Below are positions 39,992 to 51,800 of a stretch of DNA of 64,000 nt, piece by piece. Each line of letters starts with the position of its first letter. The stretch's first letter is position 1. A program made the position numbers and the translations under genes. The notes under the pieces are model-generated. The model saw nothing but the letters and a program-made list of their open reading frames with translations. It was not told the origin of the DNA and did no database searches. The DNA is from an uncultured bacterium (GTDB taxonomy: Bacteria; Verrucomicrobiota; Verrucomicrobiia; Verrucomicrobiales; DEV007): the NCBI GenBank assembly GCA_963977015.1, contig CAXBMO010000013.1, forward strand, positions 116,897-180,896, given 5' to 3'.

Positions 39992-41580
39992 GCACGCCTC
40001 GCTTCTCAGAACTTCTACAACAGGTGTTGAACGGCGATCGCGACGATATCTCAGCAATTGAGAGCGCGATCAACGAGGATGAGACTCTCCTGGCCGAGTA
40101 TCTGGATCAAGTCGAGCTGGACGCCTTGCTGAGCTGGGAATTGGGGGACGAGGTCGTGGAAATGGATGAAACGGTTGCTGCTGAAAAGGTCATCTGGTGG
40201 CGATTCGCGTCTGGACCGCTCGCCAAGGTCGCCGCGGTGATTCTATTGCTCGGTGTGGGCTTTTTCCTGGGGCGGCAGCGGTCAAACGACAACTCCGCCA
40301 TCGTCTCATCTGCGCCTGTTGCCGTGTTGATCGATAGCGAGGACTGCGAGTGGGAATCGGGGGAGATGCCGCATTCATTTGGAGCCTCATTTGCTGCCGG
40401 CGAAACCCTCCGCATCAACTCGGGAATTGCCCGATTCGCCCTTTGGAGTAAGGCGGGAGTTGCCATTGTCGGACCTGCGGAAATTGAGCTCGTTTCCAGC
40501 GAAGAAGTCTCGGTGCGCTACGGGAGCGTGAGCGCCTTTGCGCCGGATGAGGCCATTGGATTCAAGCTGACCACGCCGGATGTGGAGATCGTAGATCTGG
40601 GGACTCGGTTTGCGGCCAGTGTGAGGCAGGATGGCACCACCGATGTGCACGTGTTTGAAGGAGAGGTTTCGGTGCAGAGCCGCAAGAACCATCCGTCGGG
40701 AGAACTCGTGACCACGGGCCAGGCACGGAGATATCACTCGGGCGGCGATCAGCGCACGGAAATCGCGATTGCACCGGAGCAATTCGAGGAGCCGCCGGAG
40801 TTGGAGCAGTTGCTGGCGTTCACGGCTTCGAGGAATGGCGCTTCCGGTTTGGAAACCCGGGCCGAGATGGCGAGCGAACCGGGGGTGATTGCCGCCCATC
40901 GCTTCGTGGGCGCGGGTGGGGAATTGGACGGGCAATATGGGGGAACGGGGTTTGCCGCTCAACCCTGGTGGGCGAGTCCGGACTTCACCCGGGTCATTCC
41001 CTTGGTGAAATCCCATTCCGGAGGAGCCCGCGCGGGGGGGTATCTACTGGTGCGCGGGCGAGACAAGGCGGAGCCGTTTGTGGCCAACCGATTGAGCCGC
41101 AGGTTGGCCGGGGAATTGCCGAACACGTTCTTCTTCACCCTGCGGGCGAGTTATCACGGACTCGATGAGGACGATTTTTTCTCGCTCTGGATCGATTCGA
41201 ACGGGAGAGAGGACGCGACGCATGCCAATGTGCCCACGCTCGGGATTCGCGAGGGTCGCTATTTCGCCCGTCTCGACGTTGAGCATGCTGCGGTTGCGGG
41301 GAATCCACGGGACGGTGAGGAGTTTATCATCGTCGGCCGCTATGTTTGGAATGCTGAGGACCGGCACGAAGAAATCGCCCTTTGGATCAATCCGTCGGGT
41401 GCTGACGCTGCTTCGCCTGATGCCGTGTTGCAAAGGCCGATGGCGAAGGCGCCTTCCGGGAAGTTTTCTTACCTCGGGTTACGAATTGGGAAACATACCG
41501 AAGTCAGCGACCGTTTATTGATTCACAGTTTTGCGGTCGGCACCAAGTTCCCATCGGCTCTTGCCGCAGTTGAGCCCTAA
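39988..41580 (+). CDS. FecR-family anti-sigma factor with C-terminal beta-sandwich domain
   Basis: Overlaps the sigma stop codon; one TM helix; GPAE, TPDVEIVDLGTRF, VHVFEGEV. Confidence 0.88.
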   Translation: MSTPRFSELLQQVLNGDRDDISAIESAINEDETLLAEYLDQVELDALLSWELGDEVVEMDETVAAEKVIWWRFASGPLAKVAAVILLLGVGFFLGRQRSNDNSAIVSSAPVAVLIDSEDCEWESGEMPHSFGASFAAGETLRINSGIARFALWSKAGVAIVGPAEIELVSSEEVSVRYGSVSAFAPDEAIGFKLTTPDVEIVDLGTRFAASVRQDGTTDVHVFEGEVSVQSRKNHPSGELVTTGQARRYHSGGDQRTEIAIAPEQFEEPPELEQLLAFTASRNGASGLETRAEMASEPGVIAAHRFVGAGGELDGQYGGTGFAAQPWWASPDFTRVIPLVKSHSGGARAGGYLLVRGRDKAEPFVANRLSRRLAGELPNTFFFTLRASYHGLDEDDFFSLWIDSNGREDATHANVPTLGIREGRYFARLDVEHAAVAGNPRDGEEFIIVGRYVWNAEDRHEEIALWINPSGADAASPDAVLQRPMAKAPSGKFSYLGLRIGKHTEVSDRLLIHSFAVGTKFPSALAAVEP

Positions 41581-41597
41581 AAAATCCCGCCTTGTTG

Positions 41598-44500
41598 ATG
41601 AGTTTTCCAAACCCCCAAACCTTGATCCTGACTCTCGCAGCGATTGCCGTGGGAACGAGCGGTCTTTTCGCCAACGAACCCAGGATCGCCGACGATGGTT
41701 TTGCCTCGGGCAGCCTGGCGGAGGGTGTTGGCTTTAACGGTGAATGGAAAATCTCTGCCCAACAGACGGCGAGGATGGATGAGAGCCGACCAGGCGTTCT
41801 GATCCGGGGAAACGGGGATCGGGACAATGCTCTGCGCCGCGAACTGGCGTCTCCGATTCGCGACCGCGAGCTCTTTGTGCGTTTCAATCTCCGCTATGAA
41901 CCGCCAAAGGATGACAGTGAGTTTTTCGTGCTTTGGCTCGATCGGCTCGAAGGCACGGACCGGTCAACCCATGCCGAGAACGTCCCCAACATCGGCGTGC
42001 ATGTGGCAACTTCGGGCCCGAAGAAGGGCAAGGCAGTGTTCATGGTTCGCATTGGCCCGGCCAATACCGCGTTCAGTTCTGTCGAACTCGAGCGCGGCCG
42101 CGATTATGTCGTGGTTGGGCGTCTTTCGAAGTCGGAAGCAAGCGCTCGGGCGGATTTCGACCAGTTTGCGTTGTGGGTGAACCCGAAACCGGACGGGCAG
42201 GACGAACCGGTCGCCACGATCCGGCATTCCCAGAGCGTTAATTTTGTGCGTTGGATCGGCTTTTCCACGGGCCGGAAAACGGAGCCGGAAGATCGCGTGT
42301 GGATCGATGACCTCGTCCTCAGCCGTAGCTGGAAGGATCTCATGAAGGCCGTTAGTCCGCCGGCCCTGGCCAAGGCGCCCGAGCCCCTGCCGGGCGCACC
42401 GTGGGAAGGCAAGGTGGACTTTGCGCACGACGTTTACCCCTTGTTGAAATCACGCTGTTTCAAGTGCCATTCGGGAGCGAAACCGAAGTCCGGTTACCGG
42501 CTGGATGTCCGCGACGAGATTCTGGGATACAGCACCGGAGATCCGTTGGCAGAGCCAGGCAAGGCGCGATCAAGCCGCCTGCTCGAAAAGGTCACCGAAT
42601 CCAATCCCGAAAACCGCATGCCTCCGGTCGAGGGAGGCGGTTCACCGCTGACCGAATCTGAGATTGGCTTGCTCGCGGCGTGGATTGAGCAGGGAATGGC
42701 GTGGGATGAGAAACTTCTCCCCACTCCAAGCATCGAGACGGATCATTGGGCCTTCCAACGCATCGTTCGCCCGGAGGAGCCCAACGTGAAGCGTTCCAAC
42801 TGGATCCGCACACCGGTTGACGCCTTCATTGCTGCCCGGCAGGAAGCAAAAGGCCTCACTCCTGCGGCTGAGGCGTCTGCCCAAACTTTGGTGCGACGGC
42901 TCTATCTTGATCTCATTGGCCTGCCACCCACTCCTGAGCAACTGGAAGCATTTTTAAAGGCTTCCGCGGACGATCCCGAACGTGCCTACGGGGCCCTGGT
43001 CAATGACTTGCTCGACTCGAAGCATTATGGCGAGCGTTGGGGACGCTATTGGCTCGACCTTGCGCGTTGGGCGGAAAGCCACGGTTACCAGCACGACATC
43101 CCGCGCCCCTATGCATGGCGATATCGGGACTATGTCATCGCCAGCTTCAACGACGACAAACCCTACGATCGCTTTCTAACCGAACAACTCGCTGGAGATG
43201 AGTTGCAGCCGTATTCGGATGAAAACCTGATCGCTACCGGCTTCCTTGCCTCGGCCCGCATCAGCGGTAACAACATGGACAAGGCCGCGCAGCGCAATGA
43301 TGTGCTGGTCGATATCACCAATGCCACAGGCAGCGCGATCATGGGGCTGACGATGGAATGCGCGCAGTGTCACAATCACAAGTTCGATCCCATCAGCCAA
43401 CGTGACTATTATCGGCTCCAGGCTTTCTTCGTGAATGGCCAACTCGGCAACGTATCGCTGGCGGCCCCGGAAACACCAAACCCGACCGATCTGCAAAACT
43501 GGATGGCGAGAGGCGCCTACAAGTTCTACATGAGTGAGGCGGGGAAGCTGGTCCGGGCGAAACGCTTTGCCCACACCAAACAACCCCACACCTGGGGGTT
43601 CCATGCGCCTGGTCAAAGCGTCCCGCAGATCGAGCGATTGCCCGTGGTGAATCGCGACCCGATCCGATGGAACGCCGAAGATCTGAAAAACCGGCGCGCG
43701 CACATCCTGATCCGAGGGGACGTTTCACGGCCCGGGCCTGCCGTGACCGGAGGCTGGCCGGGAGTGTTGGGATCAACGCCGGTGAAGCCGAATGGACTCA
43801 GCCGGACGGAGTTCGCACAATGGCTGACAAGTCGCGACAATCCCTTAACGGCTCGCATTTGGGTCAACCGATTGTGGCAATGGCATTTTGGGCAGGGCAT
43901 TGTCGCCACGCCGAGCGATTTTGGGACGCAGGGATCGCCTCCAACCCATCCCGAGTTGCTCGACTGGCTCGCCGCGGAATTGATGGAAAACGGGTGGAGC
44001 ACCAAGCATCTGCATCGCCAGATAGTGCTCTCCGCGACCTACCGTCAACGGCGCCTTCACGATGAGGCGAATGCCGCGATTGATCCTGGAAACCTGTTCC
44101 TCTGGAATTGGCCGCGGCGCCGCCTCGAGGCAGAGGCGATTCGCGATGCCACGCTCGTGGCGACGGGCGAGCTCGACGAGTTGCTTGGCGGTCCCAGCGT
44201 CCCTCCCGAACGCGAGGAAAGGGCCCTGCGCCGGACGCTCTATCTTTATCAGAGGCGGAGCGAAATGCCCACCGCGATGAAGATGTTCGATTCACCGGAG
44301 CTGGTCGTCAGTTGTTCGCAGCGCGGCGTTTCAACGGTGGCCCTTCAGCCACTTTATCTGCTCAATAGCGGTTTCATGATGCGCCGGGCCGAAGCCTTGG
44401 CGGAGACCGTGTCGCTTTCCGCTCCAGACGACGTGACCCGGCAGGTGGAATTGGCGTTTCTCCGAACCCTCGGGCGCGAACCAGATGACGACGAACGCGA

Positions 44501-44600
44501 GCGCTCCCAGGCAATGCTCACAACCGCCGATCCCAAAGCCGCGTTGGTGCGGTTCTGCCACGCGTTGTTGAACCTCAACGAATTCATTTACATCCCATGA
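41598..44600 (+). CDS. DUF1549/DUF1553 (PSD1) and planctomycete cytochrome c domain protein
   Basis: [60 protein letters not shown]. Confidence 0.93.
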   Translation: MSFPNPQTLILTLAAIAVGTSGLFANEPRIADDGFASGSLAEGVGFNGEWKISAQQTARMDESRPGVLIRGNGDRDNALRRELASPIRDRELFVRFNLRYEPPKDDSEFFVLWLDRLEGTDRSTHAENVPNIGVHVATSGPKKGKAVFMVRIGPANTAFSSVELERGRDYVVVGRLSKSEASARADFDQFALWVNPKPDGQDEPVATIRHSQSVNFVRWIGFSTGRKTEPEDRVWIDDLVLSRSWKDLMKAVSPPALAKAPEPLPGAPWEGKVDFAHDVYPLLKSRCFKCHSGAKPKSGYRLDVRDEILGYSTGDPLAEPGKARSSRLLEKVTESNPENRMPPVEGGGSPLTESEIGLLAAWIEQGMAWDEKLLPTPSIETDHWAFQRIVRPEEPNVKRSNWIRTPVDAFIAARQEAKGLTPAAEASAQTLVRRLYLDLIGLPPTPEQLEAFLKASADDPERAYGALVNDLLDSKHYGERWGRYWLDLARWAESHGYQHDIPRPYAWRYRDYVIASFNDDKPYDRFLTEQLAGDELQPYSDENLIATGFLASARISGNNMDKAAQRNDVLVDITNATGSAIMGLTMECAQCHNHKFDPISQRDYYRLQAFFVNGQLGNVSLAAPETPNPTDLQNWMARGAYKFYMSEAGKLVRAKRFAHTKQPHTWGFHAPGQSVPQIERLPVVNRDPIRWNAEDLKNRRAHILIRGDVSRPGPAVTGGWPGVLGSTPVKPNGLSRTEFAQWLTSRDNPLTARIWVNRLWQWHFGQGIVATPSDFGTQGSPPTHPELLDWLAAELMENGWSTKHLHRQIVLSATYRQRRLHDEANAAIDPGNLFLWNWPRRRLEAEAIRDATLVATGELDELLGGPSVPPEREERALRRTLYLYQRRSEMPTAMKMFDSPELVVSCSQRGVSTVALQPLYLLNSGFMMRRAEALAETVSLSAPDDVTRQVELAFLRTLGREPDDDERERSQAMLTTADPKAALVRFCHALLNLNEFIYIP

Positions 44601-46030
44601 CTCGATCTTCACTGATTTCACGCCGCGCCATGCTGGAGCGCAGCACGCTGGGGTTTGGCTCGATTGCCCTCGCCTCGACTCTTGCGCAGGATGGGTTGCT
44701 TGCCGCCGTTCGGGAGGGGGATCATACGAGGCCGCACCTGATTGGTCCGCACATGCCACCGCGGGCGAAGAACGTCATTTTCCTCTTCATGAGTGGAGGT
44801 CCCGGGCAGACGGATACCTTCGATCCCAAGCCGTTGCTGCGAAAGTTGGAGGGGGAACCCGTTCCGCCGAGTATCGCGGTTAATGTGCCGAAAATTCCGC
44901 GCTCGGGCGTGAATTCGCCGCTGATGGCTTCGCCCTTCAACTTCAAAAAGTATGGAGAGAGCGGCATTCCGGTTTCCAAGCTTTTTGCCGAGACCGCGCA
45001 ACATGTGGATGACCTCTGCGTCATCCGATCCGTGAATCACCGCATCCCGGTGCATGGTCCCGGCGAATGTGTTGCGCTGACCGGCACCGCCCTCGGAGAT
45101 CGCCCCAGCATGGGAGCTTGGCTAACCTATGGTCTCGGCAGTACGAGTCGGGATCTGCCTGGGTTTGTCGTCATGCTTTCCAACTCGACGGGGCCCGCGC
45201 CCCAGCGGCCGGGGTGGGGGCCGGGGTTCCTGCCGTCGAAATACCAGGGCACGGTGGTTGATGCAAAGAACGGGGTGCCTTTTACCAAGATGCCGGCGAT
45301 CTACAATGAGACGAATCGCCGCCAGCAGCTCGAATTCATCGATTGGATGAATCGGAACCATCTCGACAAGCAGGGCCTCGATTCTGAGTTGGAAGCACGG
45401 ATCGCATCCTACGAACTGGGTTACCGCATGCAGACATCCGCGCCGGAAACGTTCAAGATCGACAAAGAGTCAGAACACATTCGTCGCCTTTACGGTCTGG
45501 ACGACAAGGTCACCTCGGAGTTTGGCAGTCAATGCCTGATCGCGCGGCGCTTGGTTGAGAAGGGCGTGCGCTGCATTCAGCTCCGTAATGGAGGCTGGGA
45601 CGCCCATGGCAGTCTTGAAAGCAACCACCGCAGACAGGCCAAAAGGGTTGACCGGCCCATCGCCGGGCTCCTTACGGACCTCAAACAACGCGGCCTGCTA
45701 GATGAGACGCTGGTCGTTTGGGGCGGTGAATTTGGACGCACTCCAACGACTGAAGGCAGCGCCACCGGCGCGAAGCGCGGCCGCGACCATTCCCCGGCAG
45801 GCTACACCGTCTGGATGGCAGGAGGTGGTGTGAAAGGTGGGCAAATCATTGGGGCGACCGACGAACTGGGCTTTGTTCCCGCCGAGCGTCCGCTTTCCCC
45901 CGCCGATCTTCATGCCACCATTCTCAGGGCTCTCGGACTCGATCAATACCGGGTCATTTACAGCCACAATAATCGCGACGAAATCCCGACCGTTTTCGGA
46001 GGGGAAGTGGTTCAGGAAGTGTTTGCGTAG
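44597..46030 (+). CDS. DUF1501 domain protein (Tat substrate)
   Basis: [42 protein letters not shown]. Confidence 0.93.
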   Translation: MTRSSLISRRAMLERSTLGFGSIALASTLAQDGLLAAVREGDHTRPHLIGPHMPPRAKNVIFLFMSGGPGQTDTFDPKPLLRKLEGEPVPPSIAVNVPKIPRSGVNSPLMASPFNFKKYGESGIPVSKLFAETAQHVDDLCVIRSVNHRIPVHGPGECVALTGTALGDRPSMGAWLTYGLGSTSRDLPGFVVMLSNSTGPAPQRPGWGPGFLPSKYQGTVVDAKNGVPFTKMPAIYNETNRRQQLEFIDWMNRNHLDKQGLDSELEARIASYELGYRMQTSAPETFKIDKESEHIRRLYGLDDKVTSEFGSQCLIARRLVEKGVRCIQLRNGGWDAHGSLESNHRRQAKRVDRPIAGLLTDLKQRGLLDETLVVWGGEFGRTPTTEGSATGAKRGRDHSPAGYTVWMAGGGVKGGQIIGATDELGFVPAERPLSPADLHATILRALGLDQYRVIYSHNNRDEIPTVFGGEVVQEVFA

Positions 46031-46174
46031 TTTGTTGGATGGTCAGCGCTTCGACGTTCAAGGCCGCTTGAGAGTGTGAACACCGGTTTCGAGGAATTCC
46101 GATTCCTTCAAGGTGAAATCAGCATGTGGATTTGGGCTATGGAAGTGATTCGACGCTCCAGCTAGCCTCCGAGC

Positions 46175-47041
46175 ATGCCAAATCCATGGACTGGAATCGG
46201 AAACCCCTATACCCGAAAGGAAGTTATCGAACGGCTTCGGGATACCCTCTCCAAAGGTGAGGCGATCATTGCTGCCGGGGCCGGGACCGGGATCAGCGCC
46301 AAATTCATCGAGAAAGGCGGCGCCGACCTGATCATCATCTACAACTCGGGCCGCTACCGGATGATGGGGCACGGTTCAATTGCGGGCATGATGGGCTATG
46401 GTGATGCGAACGCCGTCGCGATGGAGATCGGCGAATTTGAGGTGTTGCCGGTCGTGGAAGAGATCCCGGTGATCTGCGGCGTCCATTGCACCGACCCGCG
46501 CCGCCGCATGTGGCATTGGCTGCAACAGGTGAAGGCGATGGGCTTTTCCGGGATGAACAATTTCCCGACCCACAGCATCATCGATGGCGACTTCCGAAAG
46601 CAGCTCGAGGAAACCGGCATGGGAACGCACAAGGAGGTCGAGACCGTGGCGCTGGCTCGGAAGATGGACCTGTTTTCGATCGTCTACGTCGCGTCGCCAC
46701 AGGAGGCGAAAGACATGGCGGAAGCCGGTGCGGATGTCATCATCGCGCATGTTGGCTGCACCGTGGGTGGTTCGATTGGAGTGACGAACGCCGCGATGTC
46801 GTTGGAGGGGGCGGCAACGGCAACTCAAGCAATCATCGACGCCGGGAAAACCGTGCGTGATGACGTGATCTACCTCTCCCACGGCGGGCCAATTGCGACG
46901 CCTTTGGACGCCGCCTTCATCAATGAACGGACCGACGCGGTCGGGTTTGTCGGCGCGTCGAGCTTGGAGCGAATGGCCGTGGAAGATTCCCTCACCAATC
47001 TCACCAAGGAGTTCAAATCCATCCCGCTGAAACGGAAGTAG
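46175..47041 (+). CDS. Phosphoenolpyruvate hydrolase-like TIM-barrel protein
   Basis: GAGTGISAK, IYNSGRYRM.G.GS, NFPT, HGGPI, GASSLER. Confidence 0.9.
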   Translation: MPNPWTGIGNPYTRKEVIERLRDTLSKGEAIIAAGAGTGISAKFIEKGGADLIIIYNSGRYRMMGHGSIAGMMGYGDANAVAMEIGEFEVLPVVEEIPVICGVHCTDPRRRMWHWLQQVKAMGFSGMNNFPTHSIIDGDFRKQLEETGMGTHKEVETVALARKMDLFSIVYVASPQEAKDMAEAGADVIIAHVGCTVGGSIGVTNAAMSLEGAATATQAIIDAGKTVRDDVIYLSHGGPIATPLDAAFINERTDAVGFVGASSLERMAVEDSLTNLTKEFKSIPLKRK

Positions 47042-47120
47042 CGGAATTTGTCAAAAATTCCGACCTCAAAGTTGATTGATTCGCCGGAAGATTTCGCATC
47101 TTCCACTACGCACCAAAACA

Positions 47121-48674
47121 ATGACGAAAGCCCCCAAAACCATCGCTGTTCTCGGCACGCTCGATTCGAAAGGAGAAGAGCATGCCTTCGTGGCTGAGCT
47201 GATTCGCCAGAAAGGCCACACGCCGCTTCTCATCGATGTGGGAACCGGTGCCGAACCGACGGTCCAACCGGACATCACGCGCTTTGAAGTCGCGGCTGCC
47301 GGAGGAATCGATCTCGCGGCGCTGATGGAAGGACGAGATCGCGGCCAATGCGTCACCGCGATGAGTGAGGCGGCTCCCAAACTGGTCGGAAAGCTTGCGG
47401 CGGAGGGGAAGATCGACGGAATCCTCTCGCTCGGTGGCGGCGGTGGAACCGCGTTGGGATCGGGCGCGATGCGTGGCTTGCCGGTCGGGTTTCCCAAGGT
47501 GATGGTTTCCACCTTGGCGAGTGGCAATACGGCGCACTACGTCGGCTCGAAGGATATCACGATGATTCCGAGCATTGTCGATGTGGCCGGACTAAATCGA
47601 ATCTCGAAAACCATCTTCACTCGTGCGGTTGGCGCGATTTGCGGGATGGTCGAATCAGAGGTCGCGCCAAGTGGAGAAGATCGTCCTCTCATCGCGGCGA
47701 GCATGTTCGGCAACACCACGGAATGCGTCGACGCAGCCCGCGCAATCATGGAGGAAGCTGGCTACGAAGTCCTGGTTTTCCACGCCACCGGCACCGGCGG
47801 CAAAACGATGGAGACGCTCATCGATGATGGTCTGATTTCCGGCGTGCTCGACATCACCACGACCGAGTGGGCGGATGAGCTATGCGGCGGCACGCTGAGC
47901 GCCGGGCCAACCCGACTTGAAGCTGCAGGCAAAGCCGGTATTCCCGCGATTGTCACTCCGGGTTGCCTTGATATGGCCAATTTCGGCGCTCGGGAGACGG
48001 TTCCCGCGAACTACGAGGGACGAAATTTCTACATTCACAACCCGCAGGTTACCCTGATGCGCACCACTCCGGAGGAATGCGCCCAACTCGGAAAAATTCT
48101 CGCCGAAAAAGTCAACGCCTACACCGGCCCGGTCAGCGTGCTCCTTCCCACCAAAGCCATCAGCATCATCAGCGCCGAGGGACAACCATTCCATGATGCC
48201 GCAGCTGACGCGGCCTTGTTTACCGCGATTAAGGAACATCTCGCGCCCCACGTGGAGTTGTTCGAGATCGATGCGGAAATCAATGCTCCCGAATTCTCGA
48301 CCGCGTGCGCGCACGCGCTTCTCAATCACCTCGACCAAGCTTCATCCAACGCTGCACCAACGACCATGCCTCAAGTTAAACATTACGGCTGTTTTCAATT
48401 CAAAGCCGGAACGACCGAAGAAACCATAGCCGCCTGTTTTGCCTCGATGGAGGGAATGGTCGGGAGGATTCCGGGATTATTGGATTTCCACTACGGCCCC
48501 TACGATTCCGCCGAAGGCTTGAATGACGAGTACACGCACGGATTCATCATGACCTTTGCGAGTCCCCAGGCGCGTGACGAATACCTTCCCCATCCAATCC
48601 ACGAGGCGGTGAAAGATGTGGTCGTCCCAAATCTGGAACGGGTTGTCGTGTTTGATTTCAACATGCCCGCTTGA
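47121..48674 (+). CDS. Tm-1-like (UPF0261) ATP-binding protein fused to a C-terminal Dabb (stress-responsive A/B barrel) domain
   Basis: GTLDSKGEE, GGGGGT, PKVMVST, SMFGNTT, FHATGTGG, then KH...FQFK..YTHGF.MTF..RDEYLPHPIH. Confidence 0.88.
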   Translation: MTKAPKTIAVLGTLDSKGEEHAFVAELIRQKGHTPLLIDVGTGAEPTVQPDITRFEVAAAGGIDLAALMEGRDRGQCVTAMSEAAPKLVGKLAAEGKIDGILSLGGGGGTALGSGAMRGLPVGFPKVMVSTLASGNTAHYVGSKDITMIPSIVDVAGLNRISKTIFTRAVGAICGMVESEVAPSGEDRPLIAASMFGNTTECVDAARAIMEEAGYEVLVFHATGTGGKTMETLIDDGLISGVLDITTTEWADELCGGTLSAGPTRLEAAGKAGIPAIVTPGCLDMANFGARETVPANYEGRNFYIHNPQVTLMRTTPEECAQLGKILAEKVNAYTGPVSVLLPTKAISIISAEGQPFHDAAADAALFTAIKEHLAPHVELFEIDAEINAPEFSTACAHALLNHLDQASSNAAPTTMPQVKHYGCFQFKAGTTEETIAACFASMEGMVGRIPGLLDFHYGPYDSAEGLNDEYTHGFIMTFASPQARDEYLPHPIHEAVKDVVVPNLERVVVFDFNMPA

Positions 48675-48887
48675 CCCTGAATGGCCCCCCCTGAAAACCC
48701 TCATGAATCCGGCCCGCCTCTGGCTGCACCGCTTCCTGCCTGTCGCTCGCTATATGTTTGCGGACGAGCGACTCTCGAATTTCGTGGTCATTCTCAACGG
48801 TGATCAGGGTTATGCTGGCCTGGGCTGTTTTGGCGGCGCCAAAGCTGTGGCAAACGCGAATCCCGTAACAACGAGTAAAAACTGGAT

Positions 48888-50297
48888 ATGAAATGCGCGC
48901 ATCGAATCTTCGCGGTAGCAGCCGCTGGTCTGACTTTGTTCGGGGTGAATCTGGGTTGGGGACAACAGGACGTTCCAAAGCCGAATATCATCCTTATTTT
49001 TGCCGATGACCTCGGTTATGGTGACCTGGGGTGTTATGGCTCGCCAGTGAACACTCCTGAGATTGACCGATTGGCGAGTGAGGGCTTGCGCGCGACCGAT
49101 TGTCTCGTCGCGGCCAGTGTCTGCGGCCCTTCCCGAGCCGCCCTGATGACCGGGCGGTATCCGATGCGGGCGGGGCATCCCATTTCACGGCACAATACCC
49201 CGAAATACGAAAACTACGGGATCGCTTCGGAGGAGGTGACCATGGCGGAATTGCTGCAATCCGCAGGGTATTATACGAAAATGCTCGGCAAGTGGCACCT
49301 GGGGTTTCACGTGGAAGGATCTCATCCGCTCGACGCTGGGTTCGACGATTATTTGGGGCTTCATGGCAACTACTCCAATCAGCATGGAGACCACGATACT
49401 GTTTACCGGAACCGCGAGGTGCTGGAAGAGAAGATTGCTTTCACCAAAGTGACGACACTCTATACCGATGACGCAGTCGGCTTTATAAAACAGGAGCGAG
49501 AAGAACCGTTCTTTCTCTACTTCGCCCATCACATTCCACATACGCCGATTGAGCCCAGCGCGCCCTTCAAAGGCAAGTCCGGGAAAAAGGGAGGCAAGTA
49601 CGGCGATTTCGTGTTGGAGCTTGACCACAGCGTTGGCCGAATTCGAGCAGCGGTGGAAGAAGCTGGTATCGCGGAAAACACCCTCATCGTGTTCCTTTCA
49701 GATAACGGCCCCGCCAAGAATGGCTCAGCGAAACCGTTGAGCGGCGGAAAGTATGTTACGATGGAAGGCGGCCAGCGCGTTCCGGCGATCTTCTCTTGGC
49801 CGGGGAAAATTCCAGCTGACAAAGTTTCGGATGCCATGATCACGAGCATGGATTTGCTGCCTCTTTTCTCCCATCTCGCGGGCGCGCAGCTTCCGACTGA
49901 CCGGCAGATCGATGGGAAGAACATCATCGAACTCTTGACGGGAGAATCGGAGCAAAGTCCGCACGAATATTTCTACTACTACAACGGCTTGAATCTGCAG
50001 GCGGTGCGAAATGAGAGGTGGAAACTGCATCTTCCGCGATCTATTGACGATCAGCCCTATTGGGCGAAACGAGCCGGAGGAAATCCTAAGAAGCTCTATA
50101 CAAGTCTGAAGGAACCGATGTTGTTTGATCTGCAGGCTGACATTGGTGAACGACAGAATGTCATTTCCCAACACCCGGAGATCGTCACGGAATTGATGAA
50201 GGAAGTGGAGCGTGCTCGCGCCGAAATCGGTGACGTTGATGTCACAGGCTCCGATCAGCGTCCCCACAACCTGTTGGACCCCAACTCGAAAGACTAG
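48888..50297 (+). CDS. Sulfatase
   Basis: ADDLG, CGPSR, GKWHLG, SDNG. Confidence 0.95.
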   Translation: MKCAHRIFAVAAAGLTLFGVNLGWGQQDVPKPNIILIFADDLGYGDLGCYGSPVNTPEIDRLASEGLRATDCLVAASVCGPSRAALMTGRYPMRAGHPISRHNTPKYENYGIASEEVTMAELLQSAGYYTKMLGKWHLGFHVEGSHPLDAGFDDYLGLHGNYSNQHGDHDTVYRNREVLEEKIAFTKVTTLYTDDAVGFIKQEREEPFFLYFAHHIPHTPIEPSAPFKGKSGKKGGKYGDFVLELDHSVGRIRAAVEEAGIAENTLIVFLSDNGPAKNGSAKPLSGGKYVTMEGGQRVPAIFSWPGKIPADKVSDAMITSMDLLPLFSHLAGAQLPTDRQIDGKNIIELLTGESEQSPHEYFYYYNGLNLQAVRNERWKLHLPRSIDDQPYWAKRAGGNPKKLYTSLKEPMLFDLQADIGERQNVISQHPEIVTELMKEVERARAEIGDVDVTGSDQRPHNLLDPNSKD

Positions 50298-50306
50298 AAG
50301 ACCATC

Positions 50307-51800
50307 ATGACCAAGAGGATAATTTTAGGGATGGGGCTGATGTGCCTTGCGGCCTTGCAAGGCCAGAATGCGTTCGCGGAAACCCCGCAAACTCCCAACG
50401 TGATCTTCATCCTCATGGATGATATGGGCTACAGCGATGTTAGTTGCTATGGCGCAAAGATGGTCAGCACTCCGAACATCGATCGCATGGCGGCGGAGGG
50501 GCTTCGCTTTACCGACTTCCATACCGGCGCCTCGATTTGTTCGCCTTCACGAGCGGCCTTCCTGACCGGCGCTTATCCTCAACGAAACGGCCTTTATCTG
50601 GGGATCAACCCGAAGCGGGAAGCACATTGGTTTCTAGGCTTGAACCCGGATGAAATCACGATTGCGGAACAGTTCAAGTCGAAGGGCTACAACACCTCGA
50701 TGATTGGGAAATGGCACCTGGGAATGCAGGAGAAGTTTTCGTATTTTCACCAGGGTTTTGATCATTACTACGGGGCGCCGGAGAACATGGGCCACAGCGC
50801 GTTGTTTCGGGATGGCAGAGAGGTGGTCTACAAGCAGGCGCCGCTGGAGAAACTGACAAGCCTCTATACCGAACGGATTGTCAAACAGATCGGCGAGTTC
50901 AAGAATGAACCCTTCTTTATTTACTACGCCCACAACTATCCGCATACCCCATACAAGGCGGGGCCGAAGTTCAGAGGATCTTCCAAAGGAGGGGTGCGTG
51001 GCGATGTGATCCAGGAGCTGGATTGGAGTATCGGGGAAGTTTTGAAAGCTCTGGAGACAAATGGCATCCTGGAAAACACCCTGGTCATCTTCACTTCCGA
51101 CAATGGAGCCACCTCAAACCAGTATTGCCAGCCTTACAGCGGCACCAAGTATGTTTCCCTGGAGGGCGGCCACCGTGTACCGTTTATCCTCTATTGGAAA
51201 GGCGTGATCCAGCAGCCAGGCGTGGTGGATGTTCCGGTCAATGCCATGGATCTGTTTCCGACGCTGAGTGAAATGATCGACGCGCCTATGCCTGAAGACC
51301 GGATTTATGATGGTGTCAGTCTAACCCCGTTATTTTCAGGCGAGGAAATTACCCGCACCGCTGAAACGCCATTCTACTATTACAACTGCGAGAACCTGCA
51401 AGCGGTCCGCGTCGGCGATTGGAAGCTTCATGTGCCGCGTACGAAGGAGCAGATTCCGTGGTGGGGAAGGAAGCTGCAGCAACCGATCGAATCACCGCAC
51501 TTGTTCAACATTGCGGCGGAACCGGATGAGAAAACGGATCTCGCCGCGCAACACCCGGAACGGGTTTCGGAAATGATGAAGTTGGTCGAGGAAACGCGCC
51601 TGAAATTGGGTGAATTCGGCGAACGAGGATCAGAACAACGGCCGACCGGAACCCTCTTCCCCGAAGTGCCGATTCTGAGCAATCAAGCCCAGGACTGGGA
51701 TTCCCTGCCCGACGCGGAAAAGGGGCGGGCGAAAACGGAATTTGAGGGCGGCCACGGCGCGAAGAAGAAACCCAAAGGGAAGAAGCCGAGCAAACTGTGA
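50307..51800 (+). CDS. Sulfatase
   Basis: MDDMG, CSPSR, GKWHLG, SDNG. Confidence 0.95.
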   Translation: MTKRIILGMGLMCLAALQGQNAFAETPQTPNVIFILMDDMGYSDVSCYGAKMVSTPNIDRMAAEGLRFTDFHTGASICSPSRAAFLTGAYPQRNGLYLGINPKREAHWFLGLNPDEITIAEQFKSKGYNTSMIGKWHLGMQEKFSYFHQGFDHYYGAPENMGHSALFRDGREVVYKQAPLEKLTSLYTERIVKQIGEFKNEPFFIYYAHNYPHTPYKAGPKFRGSSKGGVRGDVIQELDWSIGEVLKALETNGILENTLVIFTSDNGATSNQYCQPYSGTKYVSLEGGHRVPFILYWKGVIQQPGVVDVPVNAMDLFPTLSEMIDAPMPEDRIYDGVSLTPLFSGEEITRTAETPFYYYNCENLQAVRVGDWKLHVPRTKEQIPWWGRKLQQPIESPHLFNIAAEPDEKTDLAAQHPERVSEMMKLVEETRLKLGEFGERGSEQRPTGTLFPEVPILSNQAQDWDSLPDAEKGRAKTEFEGGHGAKKKPKGKKPSKL

